Shown: positions 23,041 to 36,964 of the stretch, one piece after another | How the letters are laid out: every line of letters starts with the position of its first letter | Position numbering within the stretch: position 1 is the first letter of the stretch | Source of the DNA: Vicugna vicugna | Lineage: Eukaryota | Direction: 5' to 3' | Length of the DNA: 64,000 bases | Assembly: GCA_013265495.1 (NCBI GenBank) | Contig: MU057801.1 | Span: 2,572,765-2,636,764, forward strand | Position numbers and translations under genes: made by a program | The notes under the pieces: generated by a model | Database searches by the model: none | What the model was told of the DNA's origin: nothing | Seen by the model: only the letters and a program-made list of their open reading frames with translations

Positions 23041-26000
23041 GGAAGTGGGCCGGCCCCTTGAGAGCCAGCCGCCAGCCCTCGCGAGGACCTTGGCTCACGG
23101 AATCGCCGTCTCCGTGCAACAACGGTCCCCTCCTCGGCCGCGTGTCGGAGTCACCTGCGCCCGTGAGCGGCTGGCTCTCGGGCCCACCTCGCAGGCGTCT
23201 TTCTGTGACTGGCAGGGTCCGCGTGGGGCCGGGGTGCTCGGTGTCTCCACGTTCTGACGTCCTTTGAGGAAGACCGAGTTTCCTGCTCTAGGAGCCTTTC
23301 TCCTGGCCGGCCTGTCAACAGCTGGAAGCATGAGGGGTCCCCAGCCCCAGTGCCCGGAGCTGACGCTGGCTTCTGCCTCCAGTCTTGGAAGTGGAAAACC
23401 ATCCTTCTCAACAGCAAGACGCTTTGCCCCCAGAGAGGAAAGGGACCTTCGTGGGCCTGTGTTTGGTGCACGGGGGGAAGGACCAAACGCAGGGGCCCCT
23501 CTGGGCTCCAGACCCAGCTGGGGAGGACCCCCTGCAGGCGGTGTGAACTTGCATGTCGGACGAAGTGCTCACGGCCACAGCACACGGAGATCCTCGGGGC
23601 TGGAGAGCGGAGGCAGTGACAAAAAATTGAAGAGTTGGTGCTCTCGGCTGTGGCGGTATCTTTAGATCTTTGATTCATGGCGTGGGTGTAAGCGTGGATG
23701 TTAAACCATTTTCGCTTGTTTGTGCTTACGGCACTCAGAGGAGAGGCGAGTGGTCCCAGCTGGGAACCGGGGAACTGAGTGAGGGCGGCCCACTCGCGTG
23801 TTCCAGCTCCCAGGCCATGCCTAGCTGCTCAGCCCCTTCCCTGTGTAAAACTTCCTTGGGAGGAAAAGGCGAGGAGCAGCCCCAGCTGCCAGGGGCACAT
23901 GGAGAGCTCTGGGGGGCGGCCAGAGCCCGTGGTCGGTCCGGTGACCCTCTTTGGAAGCCGTGAACCTGGAGTCTGGATGGAGCAAAGCGTCTTCTGTATG
24001 GAGCCCAGGTGGCTCTGCCTCCTGGCGGTGTGTTGGTGGGGGGCCCTCGGTGGGGGTCGCCCCCCTCAAGGCCCATCGGCTTACAGCAGAGGGAACCGAA
24101 GACGTCCACAGGAAGGTCGTGGCCAGTAGACTAAGGACACAGGGAGCCGTGTGCACCTGGGAGGGTGTCTGTTTCAGGAAGGCCCTCGTAGAGGACGATG
24201 CTCCCCTCTGGGCACTGGTCTCCAAGAATCCAAGGTATCAGAGCTTTCAGATGTCCCACCCCAACCGACGGAGGACACCGGGGTGCGCACGGCAGGGATG
24301 GGGGACACTGGCCACAGCCAAGTTCGCCATCCTCCAGGGGACGCACCCGGCACCTCGCCCACCCTCATTCCACCTGCCGCACCTCTGTGTGGCCCTTCCC
24401 TCATCTGAAGGCGGATCCCAGCCTTTTCCAAGAATCCGGAAGTGAAAACCAGTCTCAACTCCGCGGGCTCCGGCCCCCAGAGCCCGGGCAGGAGGGGCCG
24501 TGGTCGTCCCACACGGAATCTAAGCTCTAGACCCTGAAGGCAGGGTGTGGGGGGCATCCAGAGAGGGGGCGACTGCCCTGCACATCGGGACCCCGGGTCC
24601 AGCGCTCACACCACCAGGGAAGACCCCCAAGGTGGGTGGAGCCCCAGTGGTGACAGTGACTGCCCGAGGCCACGTGACCAAGGCGTGCCTCCCTATTCGT
24701 CCCGGGAGAGCCGAGACATCAGGGTGTTCCAAACAGGTATGGAGATCTTGAAACAACAGAGAGACAGAGATAGGGGCCAGAGGAGGAGGGAAGAAGGAAG
24801 GGAAATGAGGCCATGGGGAAGAGATCCAGCAGTCCTGTCCATCACCCAGCTCCACAGAGTCCACGCCGTGCACATGGGCCCTCAGAACTCACCATCCGGG
24901 CCCTTCCGGCCATTTATAAAGCACTGAGGTACCAAAATCGAGAGTGACTCAGAGCCCAGCACAATCCCAGCAAAGAGAAATGAACATAATGCAGGATTTG
25001 CCGAACCATTTTCCAGCCTGTTTCCGGGGGGCAGGCGAGGTGAGGCACAGGCAGCTTCCAGGAGCTGAGATGGTGTTGGTCGCTGCGTCCCCGCTGTGCA
25101 CACCAGGATCCTGCTGAGCAGGCGGGACGTCCACGGTCGCCCGGAGTCAGAAGCTGAGCCCAAGCCCAGCGCTACGCAGGCCAGCCGCTTGAACACCTCT
25201 CCGTGTCCCATTTTACTCATCTGGTGGTGGGACATGTCCTCCCTTCCATATAGAGAAGGACAGTGACTCAGTGATAAAGACAGATTTTTTATTGCTCACG
25301 TGCAAAGGAAGGTGGTGGAAGCACGGGAGAAGGGGCTCATAGCCGTGCACCCCAGGGGCACGCGGTGAAAACCAGCAGGCCCTCTGCAGCGGGATCATGC
25401 TGGTGATCACCGTGTCCATGGCGCGGGGGTGGGGGCTCACCCACTGCTGGGGGAGCATGCAGCGATGTCTTGTAAACATCAGCGTCCATCTCCCTGCTTC
25501 CCGCCTAGACATCTGCCCACGAGAAGCGACCCCACGTGGGCACAGAGGAGCGTCTGCAAGATCGTTCACAACAGTCACTCGTCACGGCCCCAAACAAACA
25601 ACCTAAGAGAGCCAGAGTTGATCTCAGGGACCCTGAGGGCGGAGGGCGGTTTACGGGCCGGTCAGCTTGGTCCGGGCAGCCTCGGAACCCCGTCGGGGGC
25701 TCCTGAGATGTCGGCTCCCAGAAGCCCTGGTGCTGGTCCTTCAGGACCTGTTTACCTTCCACAGGCACCTTGGCCGCTGCCCCCTCGGGCCACCCACGCT
25801 CCTGTGTTGCTTCCAGAACCCCCGAGTTACGGGGTCTCCTGGCCAGAAGGGAGGTGGTTCTGAACAGCCAGCTGCAGGGATGTCAGTACCCGACCAGCGG
25901 GATTCAGGGAAGAAGCTGTGAAGAGCAACGAAGCGTAAACTCCGTGAAGACATGCAGGGCAGTGATGCAGGTCTCGGGTGGTCGCAGGGCCCAGGGCCCT

Positions 26001-28222
26001 TTCCCCGCAGGGCAGGGCAGGGGAAGTCGATGAGTTGGGGTGAAAATGGTGTGAGCAGCGGTGGAGAAGTCCCCCAGAGGCAGGGCAGCGCGGAGAAGCC
26101 CACCCACCCCGCCTCACCCGCGCCCACCTGACAGGGAACCCGCCTCTCCCTCCCGCCTTCCCCCTCGGGCTCCGAGGCCGCGGTTTCCCTGCCCCGGGAG
26201 AGGAGCGTCTCTGGCTTTGCAGACGGCCCCGTCTGCTCGTCTGACCTCGGAGAGTCCTCTCGAATTATCTCCATGTGAGTGAGTGCTTTCAACTGCGTTT
26301 TCTGCCAGTTCCTGCCCCTCCCCAGAGACACCCTCCGCCCCGGCCTCCCTGCCAACCCCACGCATGGCTTGGCCTGTTCTGTACTTCACGGGCTACGACC
26401 TGGCAGAACCCTGTGTCCAGCTCCTTCTGGCCCACGCTGAGTTCCCGAGATGCATTTCACCGCGTGTCGGGGACCGTTGTCATGTGTCCTGTCACTGTCG
26501 GTGGACTTGGGCTGGCTTCGCGGTCAGGGCTGGGATGGTCACGGACCACCCGTCAGCGTCCCTGGGGACCAAACACGGAACTGCCGTGGGGAGGTTTGCG
26601 GGGAGTGGGACACGTCTGTCGCGAGCGTGAGTCTCCAGGCAGGGATGAGAGTTCACGCTCCCACCAGGTCTGCGGGAGAGCTGGGATTTCCCGCGTTCTC
26701 CCAACACTTGGTGTGGAACCTCTCTTCCCTTTGGGCCCTTCCGGGGTCGGCGAGCAGCATGTTCTCGGCGGGGAGGATGCCGGCACCACGCCCCCCCGCA
26801 CCACTTCCGCGAAGGGCCCCAGAAGCCGGTCCTGAGAGGCCACGAGGCCAGGCTGCCGTCCTGGGGGGACTCAGTGGACCGGAGGCCAGCAGGGCCGCGA
26901 GGAAGGAGCCGGCAGGTCCTGGCAGGGATGCTGTGAGCAGGTTCCCGCTTCAGCTCCCAACCCCGGACCCTCGGACCCCGTGGGAGGTTGGCATCTCATT
27001 CTGGATTGAGGTCGCACAGCGGTGGGGGGTGGACGTCCGCAGAGGACAGTGAGCCCACCGTCTGGAGGGAGGGCGGGGGCCTGGATTCAGCGCCGGGCGC
27101 CCGCGGGTCAGGCTGCCGAGGGCCAGGCTGCCGAGGGCGGCCCTCAGGGAGCCTGTCCCGCCTGGGCCGGGGCCCAGCAGGTGCCAGCCTGTAACAGCCG
27201 AGCCGTGGCTCCCAACTACCACACGTCACAACCAACGTGCGCGAAGCTGGACGAGGCGGGTCAGTGCTCAGCCCTGCGGGGGCTGGGTGCCCGGGCCCTG
27301 CCTCCTCCTTCTGTGGCTTGCGTGGCTCCACGGGCGGGCCCAGGCTAGGCTGCAGGGAGAGGTCCCCTACAGAGCAGGAGGCGGGTCCGGGGAATCGCAG
27401 AGGGGCCCCGCAGAGTCTGGGGGCCAGCAGATATGGCAACGTCAGCCGAGACGGAGCAAGTCACCATTGTCCTCGTTCTCTGCCCACCCCCTCACATCCA
27501 AGCCCGAGATCGGGGGAGGAGGACTGAACGTCCCTCGAGGCCCAGAGCCAGAGAAAAGGGAGGGGGGCCAGGAGCCAAGCCGACATGAGTCCAGATCTCG
27601 CCGGGTCAGGGTCAGGGCCACGGAGGGCAGAAAGTAGCTCCTGGTGACCCTGAGTCTGACCCTCTGCAACCTTGCTGTTTTTCAGTTTGAGTAAAATTGT
27701 AGAAACACACCAAGGATGCAAGGAAATGGGGTCCGGTGAGAGTCCAGGGTCTGCAGGTGGGTCCTGAGGGACTGGTCCCACCTTTGCCCTGACGAGCAGT
27801 CCCCCCAGCCGCCGGGGGTCAGACCTCCTTGGTGTCACATGGGGCTTCCGGGGTCCTGCCCTGGTGGCCTCCACCCTCGTCTGCCACAGGAGCCGTTTCA
27901 CAATGGTGGTCCCCCCCATGATGTCACAGCTGGATCACATGACAGTCCCCACAGTCTGGCATCTCCTGTGTCGAGGGGGCTGGTGGGGGGGGCTCCACTA
28001 CAGCAACCCCAGCCCCCCTGCAGGTGCTCAGCTGGACGACTGCTGGCCGCGGGTATCTCCCAGGACCCTGATTTCTTTCTTTTAAGCTTTGCCTTCCTCC
28101 CAATCTGCTGGGAGCACGCAGCCTCTCGGCAAGTCCTCTCTGAGGTCCGCTAGGGTCAAGGCTCCTGTGCCGGGCCTGCTCACCATGACCCCCATTCTCT
28201 CCTCCCCCCTCCAACTCTGCAG

Positions 28223-28381
28223 ACCAACAAGGCAGTGGCCAAGGGGGACTTCCACCAGGCAAGCACCAGCTCCCGGCGGGCCCTGTTCCTGGCCGTGCTC
28301 TCCATCACCATCGGGACCGGCATCTACGTGGGCGTGGCCGTGGCCCTCATCGCCTACCTCTCCAAGAACAACCACCTGTGA
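28223..28381 (+). CDS. SYNDIG1: SYNDIG1 last coding exon (aa 207-258 + TGA), C-terminal hydrophobic segment
   Basis: Acceptor ccaactctgcag ends at 28222. Translates [52 protein letters not shown]. The three exons sum to 777 nt = 258 aa + stop. Confidence 0.98.
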   Translation, partial: TNKAVAKGDFHQASTSSRRALFLAVLSITIGTGIYVGVAVALIAYLSKNNHL

Positions 28382-29320
28382 GCCTCCCCGGGCGCCCGGA
28401 GGAGCCTGGCCAGCGGGTGCGGGCGCGGAGCCGGCAAGGGTGGACCCAGGCGGACAGCCTGTGGGTCTGTGCAGTGTCTGCCATCACCAAGGACACTTGG
28501 AGCCCTGGGACCTCTGCCCACGCAGCCCCCGTTTCCACCCTTCCATGTCCTTCTCAGAGCCGTGTAGTGCTCGGACGGAGGGCACTGCCGACCCTCCCAA
28601 GCGGAAACCCCAAAGACCTGGACCACGAGGCAGCCTCCGGCGGATTCTGGGGGATCGGCGAGGGCGCGGCGGCCAGCGCCTGGAACGCCATCTCGTTAGC
28701 AATATTCAGACTGGAAGGTGTGTTTATTCCCACGGAATGTGGTGCAGTAGGCAAGGGGCTGGGGGCATGTGCTTGTCCGCCTGTGGCCCAGGCTGTTTCC
28801 CCTGGCAGCCCTAGCCCACGCACCCCAAGCGTGTCTCCCTCCACACTGTCCCCACCCTGGGAATGCCGGGCCTCCTCCGGAACGTGTCCACACTCAGCAG
28901 CCCCCACGCAGCAATATGCAATCCTGTGGCCTCGTAGGTCGGGGGCTGGGGGACAGGCCCGCCCCTCCCAGGGGGGGCCCAGGTTTACTCCAGGACCTCC
29001 AGGCAAAGGAGCCACGGACGCCCCTCAGCATAAGGACACGGGCCGCTTGAACCACCCGCCCTGACACCTTGGTGACAACAGTGGCACTGATGGTCGCACA
29101 CGGGACACGAACCTTCTCGGTCAACTAAGCCAACGCTATTTCCTTGTCCTTTTTTTAAGTGCAGCTGCTGCTTCTCCTGCTTATGTTATCAGACCAGCGC
29201 TGAGAAGGACGTGATCACAGACATTTTAATACCATTTCACTGCTGTTTCACGAGTGTTCCTTATTTAACAAATATTATCTTTTAGCTTCTTTGCTTACGG
29301 CTTTTCTTTCTGACCAGTAT
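28382..29320 (+). other. SYNDIG1: SYNDIG1 proximal 3'UTR (3' end uncertain)
   Basis: Follows the stop codon and contains a U-rich block at ~29130-29310. I saw no AATAAA until 31720. Confidence 0.7.
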
Positions 29321-32300
29321 CAGCCCCTGGGTCTCACGTTTCCCTTGTCGGTAAAGCAGGTGCAGAGCCCCCAGGACTCGGCGGCCAGAGCAGGCGTCGG
29401 GCGCCCGCAGGTGGGTGTCCCAGGGCTCCCAGCAGCCACGCGGATGAGCAGCATTATCCTAACCCCTCGGGGGACGCAGAGGCCGCCTCCCTGTGGTGCC
29501 ACCCAAGCACTTACAGAATCCCTGCCTCCCAGCCCCGAAGCTGTCTGGTTGGTCAGGGATGCGGCCTGGTGATTCCAGAGCGCAGCGACAGTCAGGGGTG
29601 GCCATCCCGGAGTGAGGGCTCAGGCTGACTGCCCGCCCCCACTGCCTCTCCCCCTCTCCGCCCCACACACTTCTAATATCCTGAAAATTGTTAGCATGGC
29701 CGTCCCGGGTCAAACCCGAGACCCACCTGGCATCAGCGTCTGCTGGACGCTCTAGCAGCACCCCGAGCGGGGTGCACGGAAGAACCCCGAACCCCGGGGA
29801 GTCGGAGCAACCTGGGGGAGAGCAAGGGTGCGGGACCAGACCCCCGGGCTTGCGGCCGGCTGTGCTGCGATGCCGTCGAGCTGTGTGGTCCTGGGCAGGT
29901 GCGCGCGCTTATCTGGACCTCGTCTCCCGGAGACGGGCGGAGCGAGGCCCGCCCCCAGGGCTGCTGGTGAACGCAGGGCGCCGCCGGCCACCGGCGAGCG
30001 GGGGATGGGTGGCCGAGGTCTCTCAGGTCCTGGGAGTCCGTCCATGGCTCATCGGCGTCCTGTCTTCTCAGCCCAGTCTCTCGGGTTTACTCAGCAAGAG
30101 TCAGTGTATGAGATGACGTCCTCGTATTTATCCTGAAATGTCCATTTTTAGTTCAAGAGGTGCCCAAACTGGCCTATCCTTGGTGAGACTGAGAAGCAGA
30201 ATCCAGCCGGTGTGTTCTCTCCCCTACCTCCGCCACCGCCGCAGCCCTACCCTGCCCCTCTGTGCTGCTGCTGGACCCCCTCCCGCCTTCCCTGTGGAAA
30301 CCCTCCCTGCAAAACGCTCCGCCCTCCCTGGACCCTCTGAGCTCCGCCAAGCCTCCCCAAGACCAGGACGGCAGCCATGCCCAGGGCCTAGTGGTCGTGA
30401 GTGTGCGAGGGTCAGGCCAAGCCTGTCACAGGACACCTGACGGGCCACGTGGCCTGCAGCTCCCAGCCCTGCGAGCGGCTCAGCCTTGTGGTGGGGGGTG
30501 GGCACATGGCGTAGTGTAAGCCCCACAGCAGCCGCCACAGACGGGGCACCATCTCAACAGAATCCGCCCCCGGCCCTGGGCCCGCGTTGCCCCCCAGAGA
30601 CCCTGGCCCGGTGGGGGCAGGGCAGGTGGTCAAAGTTGAGGTTCAGGAACAGCAACCTGCCGGATGCTCCCAAGGGCAGCCGCAGGGCGAGGGCAGACCC
30701 ACCGGCACTCCCCCAGGCCACACAGCACCCCGGGACCCCCTCTTGGCCCCCGTGGGCACCGCCTGCCACTCTGCGCCCTCCCCACTTTCTGTAAAGACTC
30801 TTTCTGCGGCAGAGACCCAGCGCAGGAACTTCTCCCAAAGTCGCACCCCAGGAGACAGCGAAGTCAGGCTGCAGCCCGGACGTCAGGCCCTTGGCCCTAC
30901 CCCTTCCCCAGCAGGGCCGCGCCGTGGTTACAAAGTCGGGAGCCACGTGTTGGTGGGCCAGGGCTCCCAGGGACCTGTGAGGACTTTGGTTTGTTTTCAG
31001 GCACGTCCTTGCCAGAGGGTGCCGGGTGGGGGCCAGGGGAGTGGGGAGGGATAGGGGCCTGGGGTGGCCCCATGGAGACATCCTCTCGGCAGAGGCGGTG
31101 TCTGGTTCCCCAGCAGCCCACCCCTCCACGTCCTTGGACAAGCCCGCGGCTGCCTGCCTCCGGCCTCGAGGCCCCTCCACGCCCTGCTTCCCTGGGCCTG
31201 CTGGCTTCACAGGTGTCCTACATCACCAGGTGCCCCGCTGGCCCAGACGGTCCAGCATTCCCCAGGGAACTGCCGGGGCCCGAGGAGAGCCTGGGGGAGG
31301 AGGCCACATTCACGGGATGCCGTGCCAACAGCGGACACAGACGACATCGGGGGGCCGCACGGCTGCCTGGGAGCAGGTCCCCTGACACAGGACCAGCCTG
31401 TCCTGAAGCTGAGGCAGGCATCCCTTGCCCCAGCCAGAAGCCTGCACCTCTCAGGAGGCTGGGGGCCGTGTCTCATTCGGGCAGCTCTGGCTTTAAAATG
31501 CATCCGTGGAGGCACGTTCCCATCTGCCAACAACCTCAAGCACTTCCAGGGTCAATGTCCGGGTCACTCAGCTGAGCTGCCCTTCCAGGCCCTGGGGCTT
31601 CAGAGGCCCCCAGAGAGCCGGTTAAGCACCAGCCCTTATGAGGACAATTTTGTGTCATCCCCTCAATGTCCACGTGGCTTTGTGGCCACAGGTGTTGACA
31701 TCTGTTGACCCAGTTTGCCAATAAACCGTTCAGTGTAGACTCAGACCCTGAGCGGAGGCTGCCGTCTGGGAAAAGCGGCTGTCCCGTCTCCCACCCACCA
31801 GCGGTCACGCTCACGTCTGTGCTGGCTGTTGGTGACCTTGGGAGCGTCAGTGGAGCCAGAGGGCTGTGAGGCTGAGGCTGAGGCCCCCATGACCTCTTGA
31901 AAGCCCCCCTCCCGCATCTTCAGGATGAGCTGAGCTGCCGGGGTCAGGGGCGGGCGGGCGGGCTCAGCCCTGGTTCTCACCAGGAGATTCTGCTCCCATT
32001 AGCAAAGCAGTGACGGGCGTCACATCTGCCAGCCAAGCGTGCAGATCGAGTGATAATTTGTCATCTTGCTGAGCCCATGGGAGGGGTCGGGGCTCCGGGT
32101 GGCCATGGGCAGACCCTGTGTGCAATGCACAGCTACTTCTGAGAGCTGAGAGCCAGCGGTCCAGCGCCACGGGAGTGACGGTGGGGCCACCTGTGCGGCC
32201 TGGGAACAGGGTCCAGGGTTGATGGCAGAGCAAGCACAGAGCCTGGTGCCCCCCACCCCGGGGGGGCGGCTCCCTGGGCACCCCGAGTGGGTCTCGGGCA

Positions 32301-35300
32301 GGGAAGACCCTGGGGCTCTAGAGATTTGCCCAAACCTGCCGGGTGGAGAAGACAGCGCGGCCGACCAGGACGGGTGGTCGGGTGACGGGGCAGAACGCGG
32401 GTGCTCGGGGAGAAGCGCCAGGTGGCACGTCATGGGCTGGGGGCTCCCAGGGAGGAGCCGCGTGCTCTGAAACCAGCCAGGTGCTGCCTCCCCCCCTAGG
32501 CCCGCAGCAGCGTCGGGGTAGCTCTGAGCTTGAGCTCCTCTTTCCGCTGACCCAGGCTGGCGGGGCACGCGCCGCGGTGGCGGATCTGAGCCCCGGGCAG
32601 CGGAATGGCTGCCCCTTTGCTGAGCAAGGCCGTTGGTGTCCTTGTCACCCAGAAGCACTTCTCCTCCCGCAACTAGGGAGTTGGGGCCGCACTTACCCCA
32701 CCAGGGGAACAGGCTCGCGAATTCAGCCTCTGCCGGGCACTCGGACCAGCAAGACCGACTGAGCTCTGCAGGGGCCGGTTCAGTGCCGCGGGGGGGGTGC
32801 CCTCTGACCTCTGACCTCTGGGGGCTGGGCTTGGGTTTCACTGAAATCAGGTCATTTGGGGCCAGATGGAAGAGGAAAGACAGGTAGGGAGGCAGTGAGA
32901 CAGAGAGGTAGAGATGGATGACAGGGGAGACACCTCGCATCTGAGGGGCAGGGGCGCGGCAGCCCCCACGCCGCTGTCCAGTCCCTCGGGCCTTGGGTTG
33001 TGGCACCTCAGGTCATCCGTGTCCAGCGTGACTCAGCTGAAGAATAAACAGTGACTTGCTCTGCCGTCGGTCTGCACTGGAGAAGCCATATTGGATTCAA
33101 ACTCTTTCATTAAACAATCAAGTTGGGGAAGTGACCATCCTCATCCCCTGCCGTGACGTCTCCACTCCCTGCACGTGGTCCCAGCACGTTTTGTAAGACA
33201 CGAGTTTTCTGTTTCACTTGGTGAACACGGATTCCTGGTAAGTGGAAGGAGCTCACGTGGGGTCTCCTTCAGGCTGAATTAGGGGCAGGGCCACGAAACC
33301 GTGCAGCTCAGCCCCGTGCGTCCTCTCAGGAAGGCCTGAGCAGTTAGGAGGGCGAGACGGCCGTGTGCGGCGCCGGTGGCCGATTCAGGACAGACGGGCC
33401 CCCTCTCCGACTGTGGCCGAGTCTGAGCAACACAGGGCCGGCAGCACTCTTGCTGCTTCCCAAATAGAAGCCCAGCTGCTCCAGGACCCAGTCTGCCCTC
33501 CAGCTGGCTTCTCGGGGGCTCTCCGACAACAGGCCTTTTCAAAATCACACAAACCTACAACGCGAAGCGTGCGTGGCCGGCGGACCCTGCTCGGCGCCCG
33601 CAGTCTTGCACCAGGCCCGGCAGAGCCTCTGTCTCGGGGGAAACTGCTCCCAGCGTCATTAGAAGAGGGACACGACACCCAGGGAGGAAGGCTGGGTGGG
33701 GACGCGGGGAGGAGACGCCCTCGGGGGAGCCACCCCGCGGTCGCCTCCATCTAGGAAGTGCCGCCTCCAGAGCCCCAGGGGCTTAGGACGCACCCCAGTG
33801 ACCTCGTTTCAACTTGCACTCTGTGAAGACCCCGTCTGCAATGACAGCCACCCTCCAAGGTGCTGGGTTAAGACCCAACACACTGGTCTGGGGGGACACA
33901 GCTCAGCTGTACCACCACCCAAGCTTGAGCGTCTCCCATCCCCATGACTGGCCCCGCTCCACCACACACACGGCCCGCAGTCCCTCGAGACCCTCCCCAC
34001 CCCTTGCCCTCGGCCCCGGCCAGGTCTGCCCGCCTGTCTGTCCACCGGTGCCTGTGGGCCCGAGATCAAAGGGTCCATCCAAGGGGTGACACCAAGAGGC
34101 CTGGAGCCAACTCCGGTGCCACAGGCACGCACACCAGTCCTGGGAGAGAGGGAGCCTGACAGCCTAGGGACTCCGAGCTCAGGTCCTCCAGCTTTAACCT
34201 CCCGTGTCATCGCGGCGGGGACGTCACCCAGACGTGCGCCAGGCTGGAGTCTGCCTTCCCCGACGAAGTCCTGGACAGGACGCTGCGCACTTCCATCGAC
34301 AAAGGATGAGAGAGGCTCGCAGGGAAGCCACATGTGAGGACCTAGGGTGGCTGGGAGGAGGGCAATTCCGGGAGTGTCAGTGGTGACAAGCGCCCGCTCT
34401 GATGACAACACCTGTGACATAAATGAGGAAGCTGACTACGTTCGAGGGTCAGACGACATCAGGGGACACCTGGAGATGCGTCTTAAAATAGTTTCTAAAT
34501 GAGGCCAAGTGAAAGCTTCATGTGGTCACAGTCACCCTTGAGAGTGTGTGATACCGTAACGGGGAGCGAGAAGAGAACCCTGCTCCTCCCGCGGATGTCA
34601 GCCGCCGTGGGCACGAGCTGGTCTACCGGCTGTGCCTTTGCGCCCTCCAGCCTCACTCAGATGCCCGTGGACCACCAGCCCCACACACTCAGGGGCCGCG
34701 CATCCCACCAGCACCCCGGTTTTGCCGCGGGAACTCACAGCAGCGCGCGAGGACTGCCACTCGCCAGCCCGCCTGGGCGTCCTTCCTGTTTCCATCTTCT
34801 GGAGACAGTGCACCCGGCCACTGCTCCTACTTGGTTCTGCCTCAGGAGTGCCCACGGGACCCTCACCCCACACCGCTGCCTCCCCCGGGGAACCCCTTTC
34901 ACCCCATCAGTGGCAGGAGAACCTCAAAATCACTCCGCATTCTTCCTCTGAGTTTGCTTCTGAGGCATTGATTTGTTCAGGCTCCACGGCCTGTGTCCCC
35001 TCTGGATAAATGCTCACTGATGCCGGCCCGGTTACACGGCACCCTCCCTCCCACCTGCCCCCAGGCGCCTCGTTTCCCTGCATTTATCAAGTGCAGGTCA
35101 GTTGCACACACTTACGGCGGAGCTCCGCAGCGTCTGCAGGGAGAGGGCAGGAAGGCCTCCCTCACGTGTGTCCAGAATTTAATGACACTGAACTTGTGCT
35201 TTGATGTCTAGCCGGTCCTCCCCAGGTGAGTGCGAGCCGGGAGTAGGGGATGAGGTCAGGGGTCTTGAAATGAGTAAGGTGTCCTGGATCATCAGTCTCG

Positions 35301-35386
35301 GGGTAAGTGTCATGGTGACCCTCCCCGTCACCCCTGGGCTGAAAGTTGGCAACCTGTCGTCAGGTCCTTGGGGTGAGTTGGGTGCA

Positions 35387-35693
35387 CCCCACAGTCCCTG
35401 CATCACTGAGGCCCCCTCATTGTCCTGCATCACTGAGGGTCCCCCACGGTCCCTGCATCACTGAGGGTCCCCCACTGTACCTCCATCACTGAGGGTCCCC
35501 CACTGTCCCTGCATCACTGAGGGTCCCCCACAGTCCCTGCATCACTGAGGCCCCCCCATTGTCCTGCATCACTGAGGGTCCCCCACGGTCCCTGCATCAC
35601 TGAGGGTCCCCCACGGTCCCTGCATCACTGAGGGCCCCCCACTGTCCCTCCATCACTGAGGCCCCCCCACTGTCCCTCCATCAGAGGGTCCCC
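35387..35693. repeat. 27/28-bp minisatellite, ~11 copies
   Basis: The unit is catcactgagggtcccccac(g/t/a)gtccctg. catcactgag starts at 35401, 35428, 35456, 35484, 35512, 35540, 35567, 35595, 35623 and 35651. Confidence 0.97.
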
Positions 35694-36964
35694 GTAAACA
35701 CAGCACCGTCTGTGCGGGTGCGTCTGGGTTGTTCGCAGTCTGACGATGGCAAACGGAGCTACTGCTGCGTGTGTCCAGGCCTCCGTGGGACCACAAGCTT
35801 CCACTTCATTCAGGAAAATACCCAGGAGAGCAGTTATTCACCCCTTTCTAACTGGCCTCCCTGCTGTCCCAGCCTCGCGTGCCCACTTCCTCACTGTGCT
35901 TCCTGGGACCCCCAAGTCCCTTTGAGGACAGTGACAGAGGTTAGGTGGGATCAGGGGAGGGGGGCGCCTGCAGGAGGCCGGGCTCGTCTGGGGCAGGAGG
36001 GACAGGCCGCCAGCGTCTGGTCCGGGGCCTGGGACCTGGCTGTTCTTCTCACCTCCTCCCCCGTCTGCAGCTGGACCCGGTAAGTACAGGGATGGACCCC
36101 GAACCCCCGGAGTGGAGGACACCGAGGACCAGGCCTGGGAGGAGCCTCAGCTGGAGGGGCCACCCGCCAACCTGGAAGCCCTCTGGACGCTCAGTGAATG
36201 AGCACCAACCCTGTGCCTGAGCCCCGGGGCACGGGGTCCTCCTGGCTGAGTCTGACCTGGGCTACCTGCCGGGCTGCTCGCAGGCAGAGGGACACCGGGA
36301 GCGGGTCCGTGGGACCAAGCCCCAGCGTCCAGGAGAGGAGAGAGGGCTGCGTTCCCCTGACCCCATCAAGCCCAGGACGAGCCCAGCGCAGAAGCAGCCA
36401 GCCTTCACCCCAGGCCCCGCCCCCTTCAGCCCCGCAGGCTCCGCCCAGAACACGGAGGAGGGGTCGACATCCCAGCTGGAAGCCCAGCCTCTGGGAACAA
36501 AGGTCTGACCATGCGCAGCCCGCAGCGTCTAACACGAGCTGCAGGGACACAGAGGTCAGCGTCGCCCTGATTAGGAGGCCGGAACAGCGGGCACAGCAGC
36601 TGGACTGCGTCAGGTGCGCCCCCCGCCCCCAGGCCTGCCCGGGCCTCGTCCGCAGCTGCTGTCACATCCCGCCTGGCTCCCGGATGGGCCTGTGCGCTGG
36701 TGAGGCAGGAAGACTCGGCTCCTTTGGAAGGAGACACTGCAGGGGCCGCTCTGCTGGGGCTTCCGGGGAGATCCGCCACCGTGTCTAACTGTGAAACGCG
36801 CTCCAGCTTGTGGGCAAAGCCGGGCTGCTGCCGTGAGTGGACACAGTGTAATCCCCGCCTTCCCGGCCTCCCCGCTGCCGGGCCGGTGCGGGGACGGGGG
36901 GCAGCACCCTGCTACGGCCACTTCCCAACACAGCACGAGACAGGAGCCACAGCAACCCCAGCAG

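Noticed and set aside
28089..28814. 241-aa ORF overlapping the last SYNDIG1 exon
   Set aside because: Wrong frame; the real exon frame is [10 protein letters not shown]... from 28223.
35387..35693. CRISPR-like array
   Set aside because: Head-to-tail tandem units without unique spacers, no cas genes, and a mammalian context.
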